This document shows positions 1-8,732 of a stretch of 64,000 nucleotides of DNA, in pieces. The stretch covers positions 248,001-312,000 of the IMG/VR virus record IMGVR_UViG_3300028840_008185. The stretch is one strand, 5' to 3'. A program made the translations under genes and the position numbers. Position 1 is the stretch's first letter. Each line of letters starts with the position of its first letter. The notes below the pieces were generated by a model that was given only the letters and a program-made list of their open reading frames with translations, ran no database searches and was not told the DNA's origin.

Positions 1-619
1 ACTTACCGGAGCTGGACTCGCCGCCGATAAGCATAAGCTCTCCTGGCTGCAATCCGTTGGTAATTCGGTCAAACTCCCTAAGCCCCAGATGGATCCCGCG
101 TCCAGCTTCTGGGTTGTCTCTTACAGTCTCATAAGTTTTCCAAGCATCTTTGGCTGTAGCGGACAGAGACCCCTCTTGGAAAATCTGGTTTCCATATATG
201 CTGTCTATGCCCGCAACAGTTCTCTTGAGGAGAAGGTTGGCCTCCCCTAAGTTGCGGAAGTTGTCGCCGTCCCAGTTTTCTTTGTAGATGGTTTTTCCAA
301 CCATCAGTAAGAGCTGAGAGTTGTAGCGAGTCTTAAGCTTTTCAAGGTCGGACGGAAACTCCCTGGAATTTATTTCAACTTCTTGAGCTGAGGTATAAAT
401 ATCAGCCATCTGTTCATTCCAGGCATCGCCGCCTTGCTCCTCCATAACTCTGGGGGTTGGTGGCTCCCGAAACTTATCAAAGCAATTCGCAAACAGCTTG
501 TAGAACGGTTGGGCATCCTTGTGCATGTATTCTGGAGTGATGGCCGTTTGAAGGCTCATAGACAGCCGCTTTTCTGAAATAGCATAAGCTATGATTTTTT
601 TGTCTAGCTCTGGAATCAT
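1..619 (-). CDS. dnaB: Replicative DNA helicase, DnaB family (5' part only; runs off the left edge; absent from the ORF track)
   Basis: Manual translation from the ATG at 619 (ATGA overlap with the upstream stop) is open to the window edge: MIPELDKKII...GIHLGLREFDRITNGLQPGELMLIGGESSSGK. This matches the DnaB pattern G-x-x-x-LD-x-x-T-x-G-L-x-P-G-E-L followed by Walker A. It lies directly downstream of a DnaC-like gene. Confidence 0.88.
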   Translation of the reverse strand, partial: MIPELDKKIIAYAISEKRLSMSLQTAITPEYMHKDAQPFYKLFANCFDKFREPPTPRVMEEQGGDAWNEQMADIYTSAQEVEINSREFPSDLEKLKTRYNSQLLLMVGKTIYKENWDGDNFRNLGEANLLLKRTVAGIDSIYGNQIFQEGSLSATAKDAWKTYETVRDNPEAGRGIHLGLREFDRITNGLQPGELMLIGGESSSGK

Positions 620-1287
620 AGTTTCTCCTCGTTCTTGCGGGCATCTTCCCCACCAGCCGGAACAACTTTCGTGAATTGCGAGCCTAGAGACTCGAACGAC
701 TTCTTGAACTCTCCACCGAATATTTGATTAACATCGGGTGAATTGGAACACAGTATCGTCGGGAGCTTGTTCTGCATCCTACTCCTCAACACATTCTCTA
801 ATTGGTTTCCGAAAAGCTCCATACTCATCTGCGTGGGGAAGAAGCGCTGATCAACCTCATCTATCACCACAAAATCATAACTTCTAATCCTCATCCTCAG
901 GGCTGGGTCAGTATTAATCATGTAAGTCACCAGATCGGATAGAGTGATGTAGAAAACACTATATCCAGACAGAATACCCTTCTTAAGAATAGAGCAGGCG
1001 GCCATAGTTTTGCCCCTGCCCCGCTCTCCTACAAGGAAAAGTGTAATGCCTCTTGAGTATTCGCCATCAAGATCTTCAATATATCCAAGTATGAAATCTC
1101 TAAAGTTCTCCTCGCCATAGAAATCTTCCATCCTACGACGCCAATAATCAACGGGAATGCGAGCCTCGGCCATCTGGTCTATAAAAGAGCAATAACTAAG
1201 ACACACGGGGCACCCCAATCCTTTGCACTTTTTACAACCAGATATGATTAATTTCTTTTCTATTTCTATTTTTCTTTCAGGGATCAT
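616..1287 (-). CDS. DnaC/IstB-like AAA+ ATPase, probable helicase loader
   Basis: Walker A GERGRGKT, Walker B VVIDEV, R-x-x-N-x-L-P-T-I-L-C-S-N motif, N-terminal Cys cluster; translationally coupled to dnaB. Confidence 0.85.
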   Translation of the reverse strand: MIPERKIEIEKKLIISGCKKCKGLGCPVCLSYCSFIDQMAEARIPVDYWRRRMEDFYGEENFRDFILGYIEDLDGEYSRGITLFLVGERGRGKTMAACSILKKGILSGYSVFYITLSDLVTYMINTDPALRMRIRSYDFVVIDEVDQRFFPTQMSMELFGNQLENVLRSRMQNKLPTILCSNSPDVNQIFGGEFKKSFESLGSQFTKVVPAGGEDARKNEEKL

Positions 1288-1716
1288 TTACTCTCCGCGT
1301 TTGGTTTTCCTCTCAAAGGTGGGGATCGAACCGCATGGGTTTTGATCTGGCTGAGACATGGGCATCGAAAACTCTGGCTCTCTTGGCCTATTCTTCACTA
1401 TAGCTGCCAAATCTGGTCTGGGGTTTTCGCCCACAAGATAAGCCCCGCCTGCTACAGGAGCCAAATCAACAGGAAGCTCATTTATCTCTTTAATATCAGG
1501 CTTAAGCTGAGCTTTCTTCATGGAAGGATTTCCAGGTGTGCCAACTTTAATGTATGCTACAGCATCGGGGTTCACATAAATTATAGCATTATCATAGTCC
1601 ACCAGCTTTATATAATCTTCCTCTACTACAACTATAAAACCACCCATACTTTCTTTGTTTCTCATACCAATAGTTACGTGCTTCTGCATGAGTTCTTCTT
1701 TAGGTATTTCCATCAA
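1288..1716 (-). CDS. Hypothetical protein with possible N-terminal Sm/LSm-like beta-barrel and a disordered Pro-rich tail
   Basis: The first ~60 aa (LMQKHVTIGMRNKESMGGFIVVVEEDYIKLVD...IYVNPDAVAYIKV) have Sm1/Sm2-like hydrophobic spacing; tightly packed in the operon. Confidence 0.5.
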   Translation of the reverse strand: MMEIPKEELMQKHVTIGMRNKESMGGFIVVVEEDYIKLVDYDNAIIYVNPDAVAYIKVGTPGNPSMKKAQLKPDIKEINELPVDLAPVAGGAYLVGENPRPDLAAIVKNRPREPEFSMPMSQPDQNPCGSIPTFERKTKRGE

Positions 1717-2450
1717 TCCTCCAATTTTCTATATTCTGGGCCTTCTAGAAGCATGCCTCTTCTAACGGCCTCTTCAATCACAGCGCCTTCGCCACCAGAC
1801 ATACCGTAAGCTTTTACTAAACCCACCAAGACATTAAGATCGTTCCAGGTTATGAGGTTGTGCTTTACCACTGTTTCGCAGCAATTGTCAACACACCACT
1901 GGATAAAATCCTCTGGTAGTGGCGTGGAGCGTCTAAGCACCTGGCTCCTCGCCTTAGCTGCCTTGAATTCGTTCACAAAGGCCGCATTAGCGAAGAAGCC
2001 AAAGCTCGTCACTGGATACTTCCTCGTGCGGACCTTCTTAGCAAAAACCCAGCGGATAAAGGTGCGTATATCTACTGTGTCGTTCTCGAACATAGTCAGG
2101 ATTCTACGAGCCATCACAAAATCCTTGCTTTTGTATGGAATCGGGTTCGACACATCTAAGGTGTATGGATAGTCGTAGAATTCCCTAAATTTGTTGCAAA
2201 AATATCCCATGACGCAAGATAGTCTATCCGCTGGGTTGTCCCAATAACGTCTCTCTCTCCAGCGTTCGCTATACATGTCCCACCAGATTTTCCACTCGTT
2301 TCGTTTATCAGGGCCGTGCTCTGGACATGAAAAAACGGGATACTTAACCCCGTCTCCTTCAAACGACACTTCTTTTTTAGCGCCGCAAGCTTTACACTTA
2401 GGCCCACCCGATTTTGCTTTTGACTTTCCGCGACCTTTTGATTTTTGCAT
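1713..2450 (-). CDS. Hypothetical protein with zinc ribbon, possibly a replication initiator/accessory factor
   Basis: CKAC...CPEH motif after a Lys-rich N-terminus; lies between the SF2 helicase and DnaC/DnaB genes. Start uncertain (2450 or 2498); either overlaps the helicase 3' end. Confidence 0.55.
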   Translation of the reverse strand: MQKSKGRGKSKAKSGGPKCKACGAKKEVSFEGDGVKYPVFSCPEHGPDKRNEWKIWWDMYSERWRERRYWDNPADRLSCVMGYFCNKFREFYDYPYTLDVSNPIPYKSKDFVMARRILTMFENDTVDIRTFIRWVFAKKVRTRKYPVTSFGFFANAAFVNEFKAAKARSQVLRRSTPLPEDFIQWCVDNCCETVVKHNLITWNDLNVLVGLVKAYGMSGGEGAVIEEAVRRGMLLEGPEYRKLED

Positions 2451-3930
2451 GGTCGAAACCTTTTGGGAATTTGATTCTAAACCTGGGTTCTGTTTCATAA
2501 ACCGAAATCCTTATTGCCGAATGTTTGTCTAAATACCTTGCATTGTCGATGAAGTCTACCACTATGGCGTCTTCTTTACCGTCGAAAATGCGAATAACTC
2601 GACCGATCCTTTGAAGAGCGCGAACCGTTGATTTGCCTCCTCCTCCCAATATAAGTGCGTCGAGGCTCGGAATATCGACACCAATATCGTAAACGCTCGA
2701 AGCTATTAGACATTTTAATTCGCCGCGCTCAAAAGATTCCTTGACTTCTTTGCGAGTTTCGCCGTCAACTTCACCATTAACAAAAAACAGCGGAATATCC
2801 GACAACTGAGATGCTAGTGCTTTACCATGAGAAATGTAGCGAACAAGAATCAGCACCTTTCTCCCTTTCTTAATTAGGGTGCGTGCTGCATCCTCTATCA
2901 TCTTATTACGGATATTATTAGTAGTTATATACTTGCTGTATACTGTTTGGTAATGCTTGGGCAATTCTTCGGCTAGTGGCGGCGTCTCAAACAAAACTAT
3001 TCCAGGCGACACCAAATATTTTTGATCAATTAGTTTTGAGGAAGGCATGTTGAAAATTCTTGGCCCGCATACCGACTCCAAAAGAATATCAGCACCGTCG
3101 TCGCGCCAGTCGGTTCCCGAAAGACCGAAAGAGTGACGACACTGTTTTGCTGCCTTAAATATGGATTGAATTGTATCAGTTGCTAAGAAGTGTGCTTCAT
3201 CATAAATAGCAACTTGCGCATTTTCTACAGCCAGCTTTATAGCCTTCTTCTCATCAATGTCTATTGATAGAACCTCTGGTGCCCAATCCTCATCGTCTAA
3301 AGAGACCTTGCCTTTGAAATCAAAAGCAGTTATGGCTGTCCAGACGGAGCACACGTTAAAACGACGGATGACGCACTTGCCATCTCCAATAATCCCCACC
3401 CTTTGACCCAAAGCCTTTTCCATTTCAGCATGAAACTGATATAGCAGATCCTTGCCTACCACATAAACCATAGTGGGCAAGTTGTATTTCGCTGCAAGCA
3501 TCGCAGCAACTAGGGTTTTGCCTCCTCCCGTGCCGATGCGGATAATGCCACAGCCCTTGTCCACTGCTTTTTGAACTGCGGCCTCTTGGTATTTTCTGGG
3601 AGTGTAATGCTTAATTGGGAGTTCAGGCTGCGGATCTATAGCTGGCCTCTTGTCCACTATTTCATATTCTACGTCATGTCTATCGAAGAACTCGCAGACT
3701 GTAGAAAGCAGACCGGTGGGGAAGACCATCCTCTTGGTTAGAAGATGTCTCTTACCGTCCCATTGGATGAATTGATTGGATTTCTTGTCCCAAAAACCTT
3801 CCCTGAAAGCCTTCGTAAATTGATAACCCTCGACATAAAAGCTTGTAATCTTGTCGAGGGTATCAACTAGGTCTATGTTTTTGAGGCCACTTATGCGGGA
3901 CCAGACATTATTTACAACTATCTTTACCAT
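2398..3930 (-). CDS. Superfamily 2 DEAH helicase (UvsW/XPB-like)
   Basis: Q motif PRKYQ, Walker A GTGGGKT, DEAH, motif III SGT, motif V DIGVDIP, motif VI QRIGRVIR. Start moved to the ATG at 3930, just after the tubulin stop. Confidence 0.9.
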   Translation of the reverse strand: MVKIVVNNVWSRISGLKNIDLVDTLDKITSFYVEGYQFTKAFREGFWDKKSNQFIQWDGKRHLLTKRMVFPTGLLSTVCEFFDRHDVEYEIVDKRPAIDPQPELPIKHYTPRKYQEAAVQKAVDKGCGIIRIGTGGGKTLVAAMLAAKYNLPTMVYVVGKDLLYQFHAEMEKALGQRVGIIGDGKCVIRRFNVCSVWTAITAFDFKGKVSLDDEDWAPEVLSIDIDEKKAIKLAVENAQVAIYDEAHFLATDTIQSIFKAAKQCRHSFGLSGTDWRDDGADILLESVCGPRIFNMPSSKLIDQKYLVSPGIVLFETPPLAEELPKHYQTVYSKYITTNNIRNKMIEDAARTLIKKGRKVLILVRYISHGKALASQLSDIPLFFVNGEVDGETRKEVKESFERGELKCLIASSVYDIGVDIPSLDALILGGGGKSTVRALQRIGRVIRIFDGKEDAIVVDFIDNARYLDKHSAIRISVYETEPRFRIKFPKGFDHAKIKRSRKVKSKIGWA

Positions 3931-3931
3931 A

Positions 3932-5386
3932 TTATCGCTTTCTTCTATCAATTATCCTCTTGCCCCCTGCACCGCCAGAAACCTTGTTCGTGGCGTTGTT
4001 GGTGAGCTTACCAAAAGAAGACTTCTTTTGCTTGATCATGCGGTGGACCTCTTGAGCCTTAGACTTCGTGTCCGTTCCAGACCCATAATCCACATTCATC
4101 TTGTCGGCACGATTCTTCTCTTTCTCTTGAACCATGGCCATCTGCTCACTCGCATCTTTTTGTAGGTTCTCAATCCTAGCCGCTGGCAGACCGAGGCCAC
4201 TAAACAGCGTGTAGACTCTAACGGCATCGTCGTCAATATCTGCTTCATAAACGCCTTGAACCAACTGCGGAGAGTCACATACGTCCGAGATAATGTGAGA
4301 AGCATAATTGATATTCACTGCCGGGAGCCTCTTGAGAACCTCAGGGCTGGCGGTAATAATGAAACCACCGAAGCGCGTATCTTTCAGGTTAAAATCGCTT
4401 GCTAAAAGCCCAGCTTCCAGATTTTCTATAATGGCTTCAGCAATCGCCGTGGTTTCCATATACTCTTCAACCCTGAGCATTCCATAAATCGTGCAATCTC
4501 CCGTAGTAAAGATGCGCCCAAAATCCATGGAGTCTAGGCTGTCATATGGTGTAGGCATAGAGGACAAATGGTTGAAAAGATGAAGCGGCTCAACAATCGC
4601 ATTGTTTGCCGTTCCCCAAAATTCTGCCTTGCTCAACCCTGGATATATTAGTTCGATCTTGGAATTATCGACAACGACGAGCGTAGTAATTGCATCGGTG
4701 CTTGCCATTTTCGCCAATTTCCCTAGCGTAACCAGGGAGTTGTGCTTGGACAAAGCATCCTCGGATTCCATCGGCAGAACGTAGATGACGCAGATTGGCT
4801 TACCCAATGTTGATAGCAGACCAAGTATGGCCTCGGCTCCTCCGGAGCCCGTTCCACCACCACCGGAGACCGCAAGAATAAGCATTTCCTGTCGTTCATC
4901 AAAGTTGGCGTTCAACTTGTCGATGATAAGCTGAGCATTATTCTCCACCGCCTGGCGTCCGTTGTCAAGTTCCTTACCTGCACCCCCGAGCGCAAAAGGT
5001 AAAAACACCTTCTTACTCTCAGGAAGGTTTATGTGCTCAAGATCCTGAGTGGCCGTGTTAAACACACAACCCTCATAGCCGAGTCCATAAAATGTTTCCG
5101 CGATACGCGAACCTGCTTGACCCAATCCTACCACGCCAAAATACAGGCTCCTATCTCTTTTACCAGTAGCCTTCATGGATTCCTCCTCTTGGGCTTTCTT
5201 CTTTTCTTTTAACTTCTCTAGCACACTTGTGTCTAGTTCCGGTTTCTCTTCCGTTTCCGGCTTAGCTTGTAGAGCTTGTTCTAGCTCTTCATTTTCCTTT
5301 ACAATCTCAGCGTCGGACTTCAGGCGAACAACCTCGCCCGTTTCTTCATCAGTAACTACGACGCGATTTTGAGGCTTTTCAGACAT
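3932..5386 (-). CDS. Tubulin/FtsZ-family GTPase (PhuZ/TubZ/CetZ-like)
   Basis: T1 loop VVGLGQAGSRIA, NTAxQD, GAGK, signature GGGTGSG, VVDN, T7-like LDSMD; acidic N-terminal extension and basic C-terminal tail; GGAGG RBS. Confidence 0.92.
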   Translation of the reverse strand: MSEKPQNRVVVTDEETGEVVRLKSDAEIVKENEELEQALQAKPETEEKPELDTSVLEKLKEKKKAQEEESMKATGKRDRSLYFGVVGLGQAGSRIAETFYGLGYEGCVFNTATQDLEHINLPESKKVFLPFALGGAGKELDNGRQAVENNAQLIIDKLNANFDERQEMLILAVSGGGGTGSGGAEAILGLLSTLGKPICVIYVLPMESEDALSKHNSLVTLGKLAKMASTDAITTLVVVDNSKIELIYPGLSKAEFWGTANNAIVEPLHLFNHLSSMPTPYDSLDSMDFGRIFTTGDCTIYGMLRVEEYMETTAIAEAIIENLEAGLLASDFNLKDTRFGGFIITASPEVLKRLPAVNINYASHIISDVCDSPQLVQGVYEADIDDDAVRVYTLFSGLGLPAARIENLQKDASEQMAMVQEKEKNRADKMNVDYGSGTDTKSKAQEVHRMIKQKKSSFGKLTNNATNKVSGGAGGKRIIDRRKR

Positions 5387-5482
5387 TTTGCATCCTCCGT
5401 GTATTTTTCACTTGACGAATCAAATTTCGAAATTAAGTTACATATAAAAAGCGAGGCACATAGCACCATTTTTTAATGATCA

Positions 5483-6334
5483 CTATACATTAAGAGCCCA
5501 CCTGTTGGCATTATACCATCTGGCCGTTTTAGCAACTAGCTCTTCAATATCTTCACAATCTGGTTTCCAGCCCGCAATGGAAGACTCACATTTGTAATCA
5601 GTAACTATGGGTTCCCAATTTCCACTGCCATATGATTCGATTTCATCATGCAGCTTGCTAACCACAGGGTTTGTTTCAAGAGCTGAGATGACCATCCTGG
5701 TCATCGCTTCCAGGCTGCACCAATCCAGGGGCGGCATTATGACCTGTCCCTTGACTCTGTTCTCTATGAGGAACCAAATCAAAGATGCAACATCTTCAGC
5801 ATACACCCAGGGCCACTTCTCGTCTCGCACATACGCTTTCCCCGCCTCTATAATCCCTCTAATATGGCTGGAGAAGAGACGGCGCTGCCTCATGCCAAAG
5901 CAGTTTGGTATAACCAAGTATGTTCCCTTCACATCTCTTATTACGATATTTCTAATGAGATTCCATACTCCATATGGATCAACTTCGTCTGGCCAACCCA
6001 GTTGAATAATCGGTATGTTGTATTGGCTCAAAGAAATAAGTCCGTCAAGCACTTTCTTGTGACCAAACACAGCCGGGTAGGTTTGCTTTGGGTTTGCCCC
6101 ATTAACGATTATGTCCGGTTTCTCAATCTTTATGATGTTTCCCATAAACGCATCATCATTAATATCGCCCAGGTAAAACTTTGCGTATCTGTGTACATAG
6201 ACGTTTTTCATTTCGCTTGCGGATAGATTATCCACACACACAAATTTGAAATCTTTAGTTTTGTATAGAGTGTAGCGGACAAGGTTGGACATCAGGAAAC
6301 CAGCAGCTCCGCACACTAGTATTTTCTTTGTCAT
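5483..6334 (-). CDS. Divergent NAD-dependent epimerase/dehydratase (RmlB-like), possibly catalytically inactive
   Basis: ILVCGAAGFLMSNL Rossmann start, VDNL, GDIND, WVYAED and TARWY match dTDP-glucose dehydratase-type SDRs; the YxxxK motif appears as PYGVWN. Confidence 0.7.
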   Translation of the reverse strand: MTKKILVCGAAGFLMSNLVRYTLYKTKDFKFVCVDNLSASEMKNVYVHRYAKFYLGDINDDAFMGNIIKIEKPDIIVNGANPKQTYPAVFGHKKVLDGLISLSQYNIPIIQLGWPDEVDPYGVWNLIRNIVIRDVKGTYLVIPNCFGMRQRRLFSSHIRGIIEAGKAYVRDEKWPWVYAEDVASLIWFLIENRVKGQVIMPPLDWCSLEAMTRMVISALETNPVVSKLHDEIESYGSGNWEPIVTDYKCESSIAGWKPDCEDIEELVAKTARWYNANRWALNV

Positions 6335-7128
6335 TTCTTCTGTCCCCATATAAAATGCTTCTCTTTGTTCATCTCAATAACAAAAGGCGGCAAATCATTT
6401 ACTACAGTTCCGTTGATCCCTCTTCTATCCAAAGCTCTTTGCAGGGCTTTCTTGGCGTTGAATTCCATCTTCAAGTGCTCCCTGCGCGAAGTCTGAGTTG
6501 GGTGCTGTCTATAGTGGTATGTGACAGGCTCCTTGATTCTATGAATCTTTGTAATCTCATCCACCCTCAGCGCCAGATCGTAATCCTCAGACGATCTCAT
6601 GGTTGTGTTGTGACCACCCACCTTCTCCATAATCTCCCGCCTAAAGAATCTTAGAGGAAAAAAACACATATATCGAAGAAGGACACTTGAATCAAACTCT
6701 CCACTGTTAGCCACATGTGGCAGAGTCCATTGTTTACCTTCATCACTGAAGCATATAAAGTTTCCACAGCAAGCTCCTATTTCTGGGTGTTCATCCATAT
6801 AATCCACAAAGGTCTGCAAGCAGTTCTCTGTAATTATGTCGTCCGATCCAACGTGGCAGACATACTTATGTTTGTCGCTAAGCTTTGAATACGCCTCGCT
6901 TTTCGTCAAACCAATCGTTCCGCAATGCTCCCTTCTATGGAAGCTCACCCTATTGTCCGACGCCTTTACGACTTTCTGCGCCGCTTCAAAAGTATCATCA
7001 TCTGAACCGTCATCAAGGAATACCAGCTCCCAGTCTTCGTAGGTCTGGTTGATTATACTTGAGATGGCGGCACCTACATACTTAGCTACATTATATCCGG
7101 GCATATAGACCCCAACAGAACTTTTCAT
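6331..7128 (-). CDS. Glycosyltransferase family 2
   Basis: VYMPGYN, LDDGSDD, SDD (DxD-like), SEDYDL, YRQH motifs. Confidence 0.92.
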   Translation of the reverse strand: MKSSVGVYMPGYNVAKYVGAAISSIINQTYEDWELVFLDDGSDDDTFEAAQKVVKASDNRVSFHRREHCGTIGLTKSEAYSKLSDKHKYVCHVGSDDIITENCLQTFVDYMDEHPEIGACCGNFICFSDEGKQWTLPHVANSGEFDSSVLLRYMCFFPLRFFRREIMEKVGGHNTTMRSSEDYDLALRVDEITKIHRIKEPVTYHYRQHPTQTSRREHLKMEFNAKKALQRALDRRGINGTVVNDLPPFVIEMNKEKHFIWGQKK

Positions 7129-7709
7129 AATAAACCTGCCTGCTTTGTTATTTTGTAACACAAATCGATGAATTCATTTTTGGACATTCTCGCCTTCGCG
7201 TGATTACACTTACTACAACATGGAGAACAATTTTCCAAAGTATAGCTTCTATTATTATCAATACGATCAACACCCACACGGGGAGGATCTTGAACATCTC
7301 TGTCACCGCAATAAACACAGGGTAACACTATTATAGATTCAAATTGTTCAATACTTATATTAAAAGAGATTCCTCTTATCTTGGCATTTCTTTTATATGT
7401 TGAAAAAAATCTTTTAATGGAACACTTTCTACCACAAGAATCGCAAAGCGGGGCGCCGTCATGTCTACTCACAACTGGTTTTTCGCGGCCACAAACATAG
7501 CATACTTCTGGAAATTTTTTCTGTCGGCAAGGGCTACATAACACCAAGTCACCAATCCTGCGGGCTACTGGTTTTACTTTTCCACAGCCTGCACACATTT
7601 CAGCGTTTCTTAGATTTTGGCAGCCCTGGCATACGGGTAGTCCGTTGTCTCTGGCCCACACTTTTTTATCTTTTCCACAAACAGAGCAGGTTTCTATTTT
7701 AACTCCCAT
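7125..7709 (-). CDS. HNH endonuclease with three N-terminal zinc-finger repeats (probable free-standing homing endonuclease)
   Basis: C-terminal CVYCG...GVDRIDNNRSYTLENCSPCCSKCNHAK is the phage HNH pattern; three ~31-aa CxxCG(K/R)xK...CxxC repeats precede it. Confidence 0.8.
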   Translation of the reverse strand: MGVKIETCSVCGKDKKVWARDNGLPVCQGCQNLRNAEMCAGCGKVKPVARRIGDLVLCSPCRQKKFPEVCYVCGREKPVVSRHDGAPLCDSCGRKCSIKRFFSTYKRNAKIRGISFNISIEQFESIIVLPCVYCGDRDVQDPPRVGVDRIDNNRSYTLENCSPCCSKCNHAKARMSKNEFIDLCYKITKQAGLL

Positions 7710-7742
7710 GTCTTTCTCCACGGTGCAATTTTTCAAATCTAC

Positions 7743-8732
7743 TCATATCAAAGGCTCCGGATCTGGAGTCTGTACTCCTAACAATTTACAATCATGATCC
7801 ACCATGCGTTTCACAAGCTCTTCAAACTTCACTTTGGGCTCCCAACCTATGGCTTCTGTAGTGGCTGAGTAATCTCCGCAAAGCTCATCAACCTCGGCTG
7901 GTCTCATGAAGAAACGATTCACTTTCACATAATCCTTCCAATTCAGCCCGACGTGACCAAAAGCAACCTCGCAGAACTCCCCAACCGTATGCATCTCGTT
8001 AGTGGCGAACACATAATCAGCAGGTTTTTCTTGCTGTAAGCACATCCAGAACCCCTCAACGAAGTCGGGCGCATAGCCCCAATCTCTCTTAGCATCCAGA
8101 TTCCCCAGCTCAAGAACATAATTGGGGTCTTGCAAACATTTTGCCACGCCCATGGAAATCTTCCTTGTTACGAAGAGGGGACCACGACGTTCAGATTCAT
8201 GGTTGAATGTCACACCAGCACAGCAATACATCTTGTAAGCTTTCCTATACAGCCTGATGAAATGGTGACTGGCCACTTTGGCAATTGCATAAGGGCTCTC
8301 CGGAATAAGCAGCGTATCAAGGTTTTGTGGCGCAGGCGAAGACCCAAACATCTCAGAGGTGCTGGCGTGAAAGATTCTAGTTTGAGGTCTTAAGCAGCGC
8401 ACCACCTCTAGTATATTAATTAGCCCGCTAGTGTTAATATCGACAGTTGCAAGTGGCTGTTCAAAACTTGTATGGACATGTGACTGAGCAGCCAGATTGT
8501 ATATCTCATGTGGGCGAATATCCTCGATCAGCCTGAGCATTGACGAGGCGTCTGTAATGTCACCCTCTACAATGTCAATAACCCCGTCGAGGTGTTTGGC
8601 GTTTCCTAGATCTCTGGTGGCGTTTCTTCGCATAACGCCAACAACATTATAGCTTTTTTCGTGAAGGAAGTCAGCCAAATGGCTCCCGTCTTGTCCGCAC
8701 ACACCAGTAATCAAAGCGGTTTTTCTCTTCAT
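7743..8732 (-). CDS. gmd: GDP-mannose 4,6-dehydratase
   Basis: ALITGVCGQDGSHLA, YNLAAQSHV, ASTSEMFG, SPYAIAK, FNHESERRG, FVTRKI, LGNLDAKRDWG, RPAEV. Confidence 0.97.
   Translation of the reverse strand: MKRKTALITGVCGQDGSHLADFLHEKSYNVVGVMRRNATRDLGNAKHLDGVIDIVEGDITDASSMLRLIEDIRPHEIYNLAAQSHVHTSFEQPLATVDINTSGLINILEVVRCLRPQTRIFHASTSEMFGSSPAPQNLDTLLIPESPYAIAKVASHHFIRLYRKAYKMYCCAGVTFNHESERRGPLFVTRKISMGVAKCLQDPNYVLELGNLDAKRDWGYAPDFVEGFWMCLQQEKPADYVFATNEMHTVGEFCEVAFGHVGLNWKDYVKVNRFFMRPAEVDELCGDYSATTEAIGWEPKVKFEELVKRMVDHDCKLLGVQTPDPEPLI

Noticed and set aside
477-665. 62-aa minus-strand ORF in the track
   Set aside because: It overlaps the DnaC-like 3' end and the DnaB 5' region in another frame; DnaB explains this interval.
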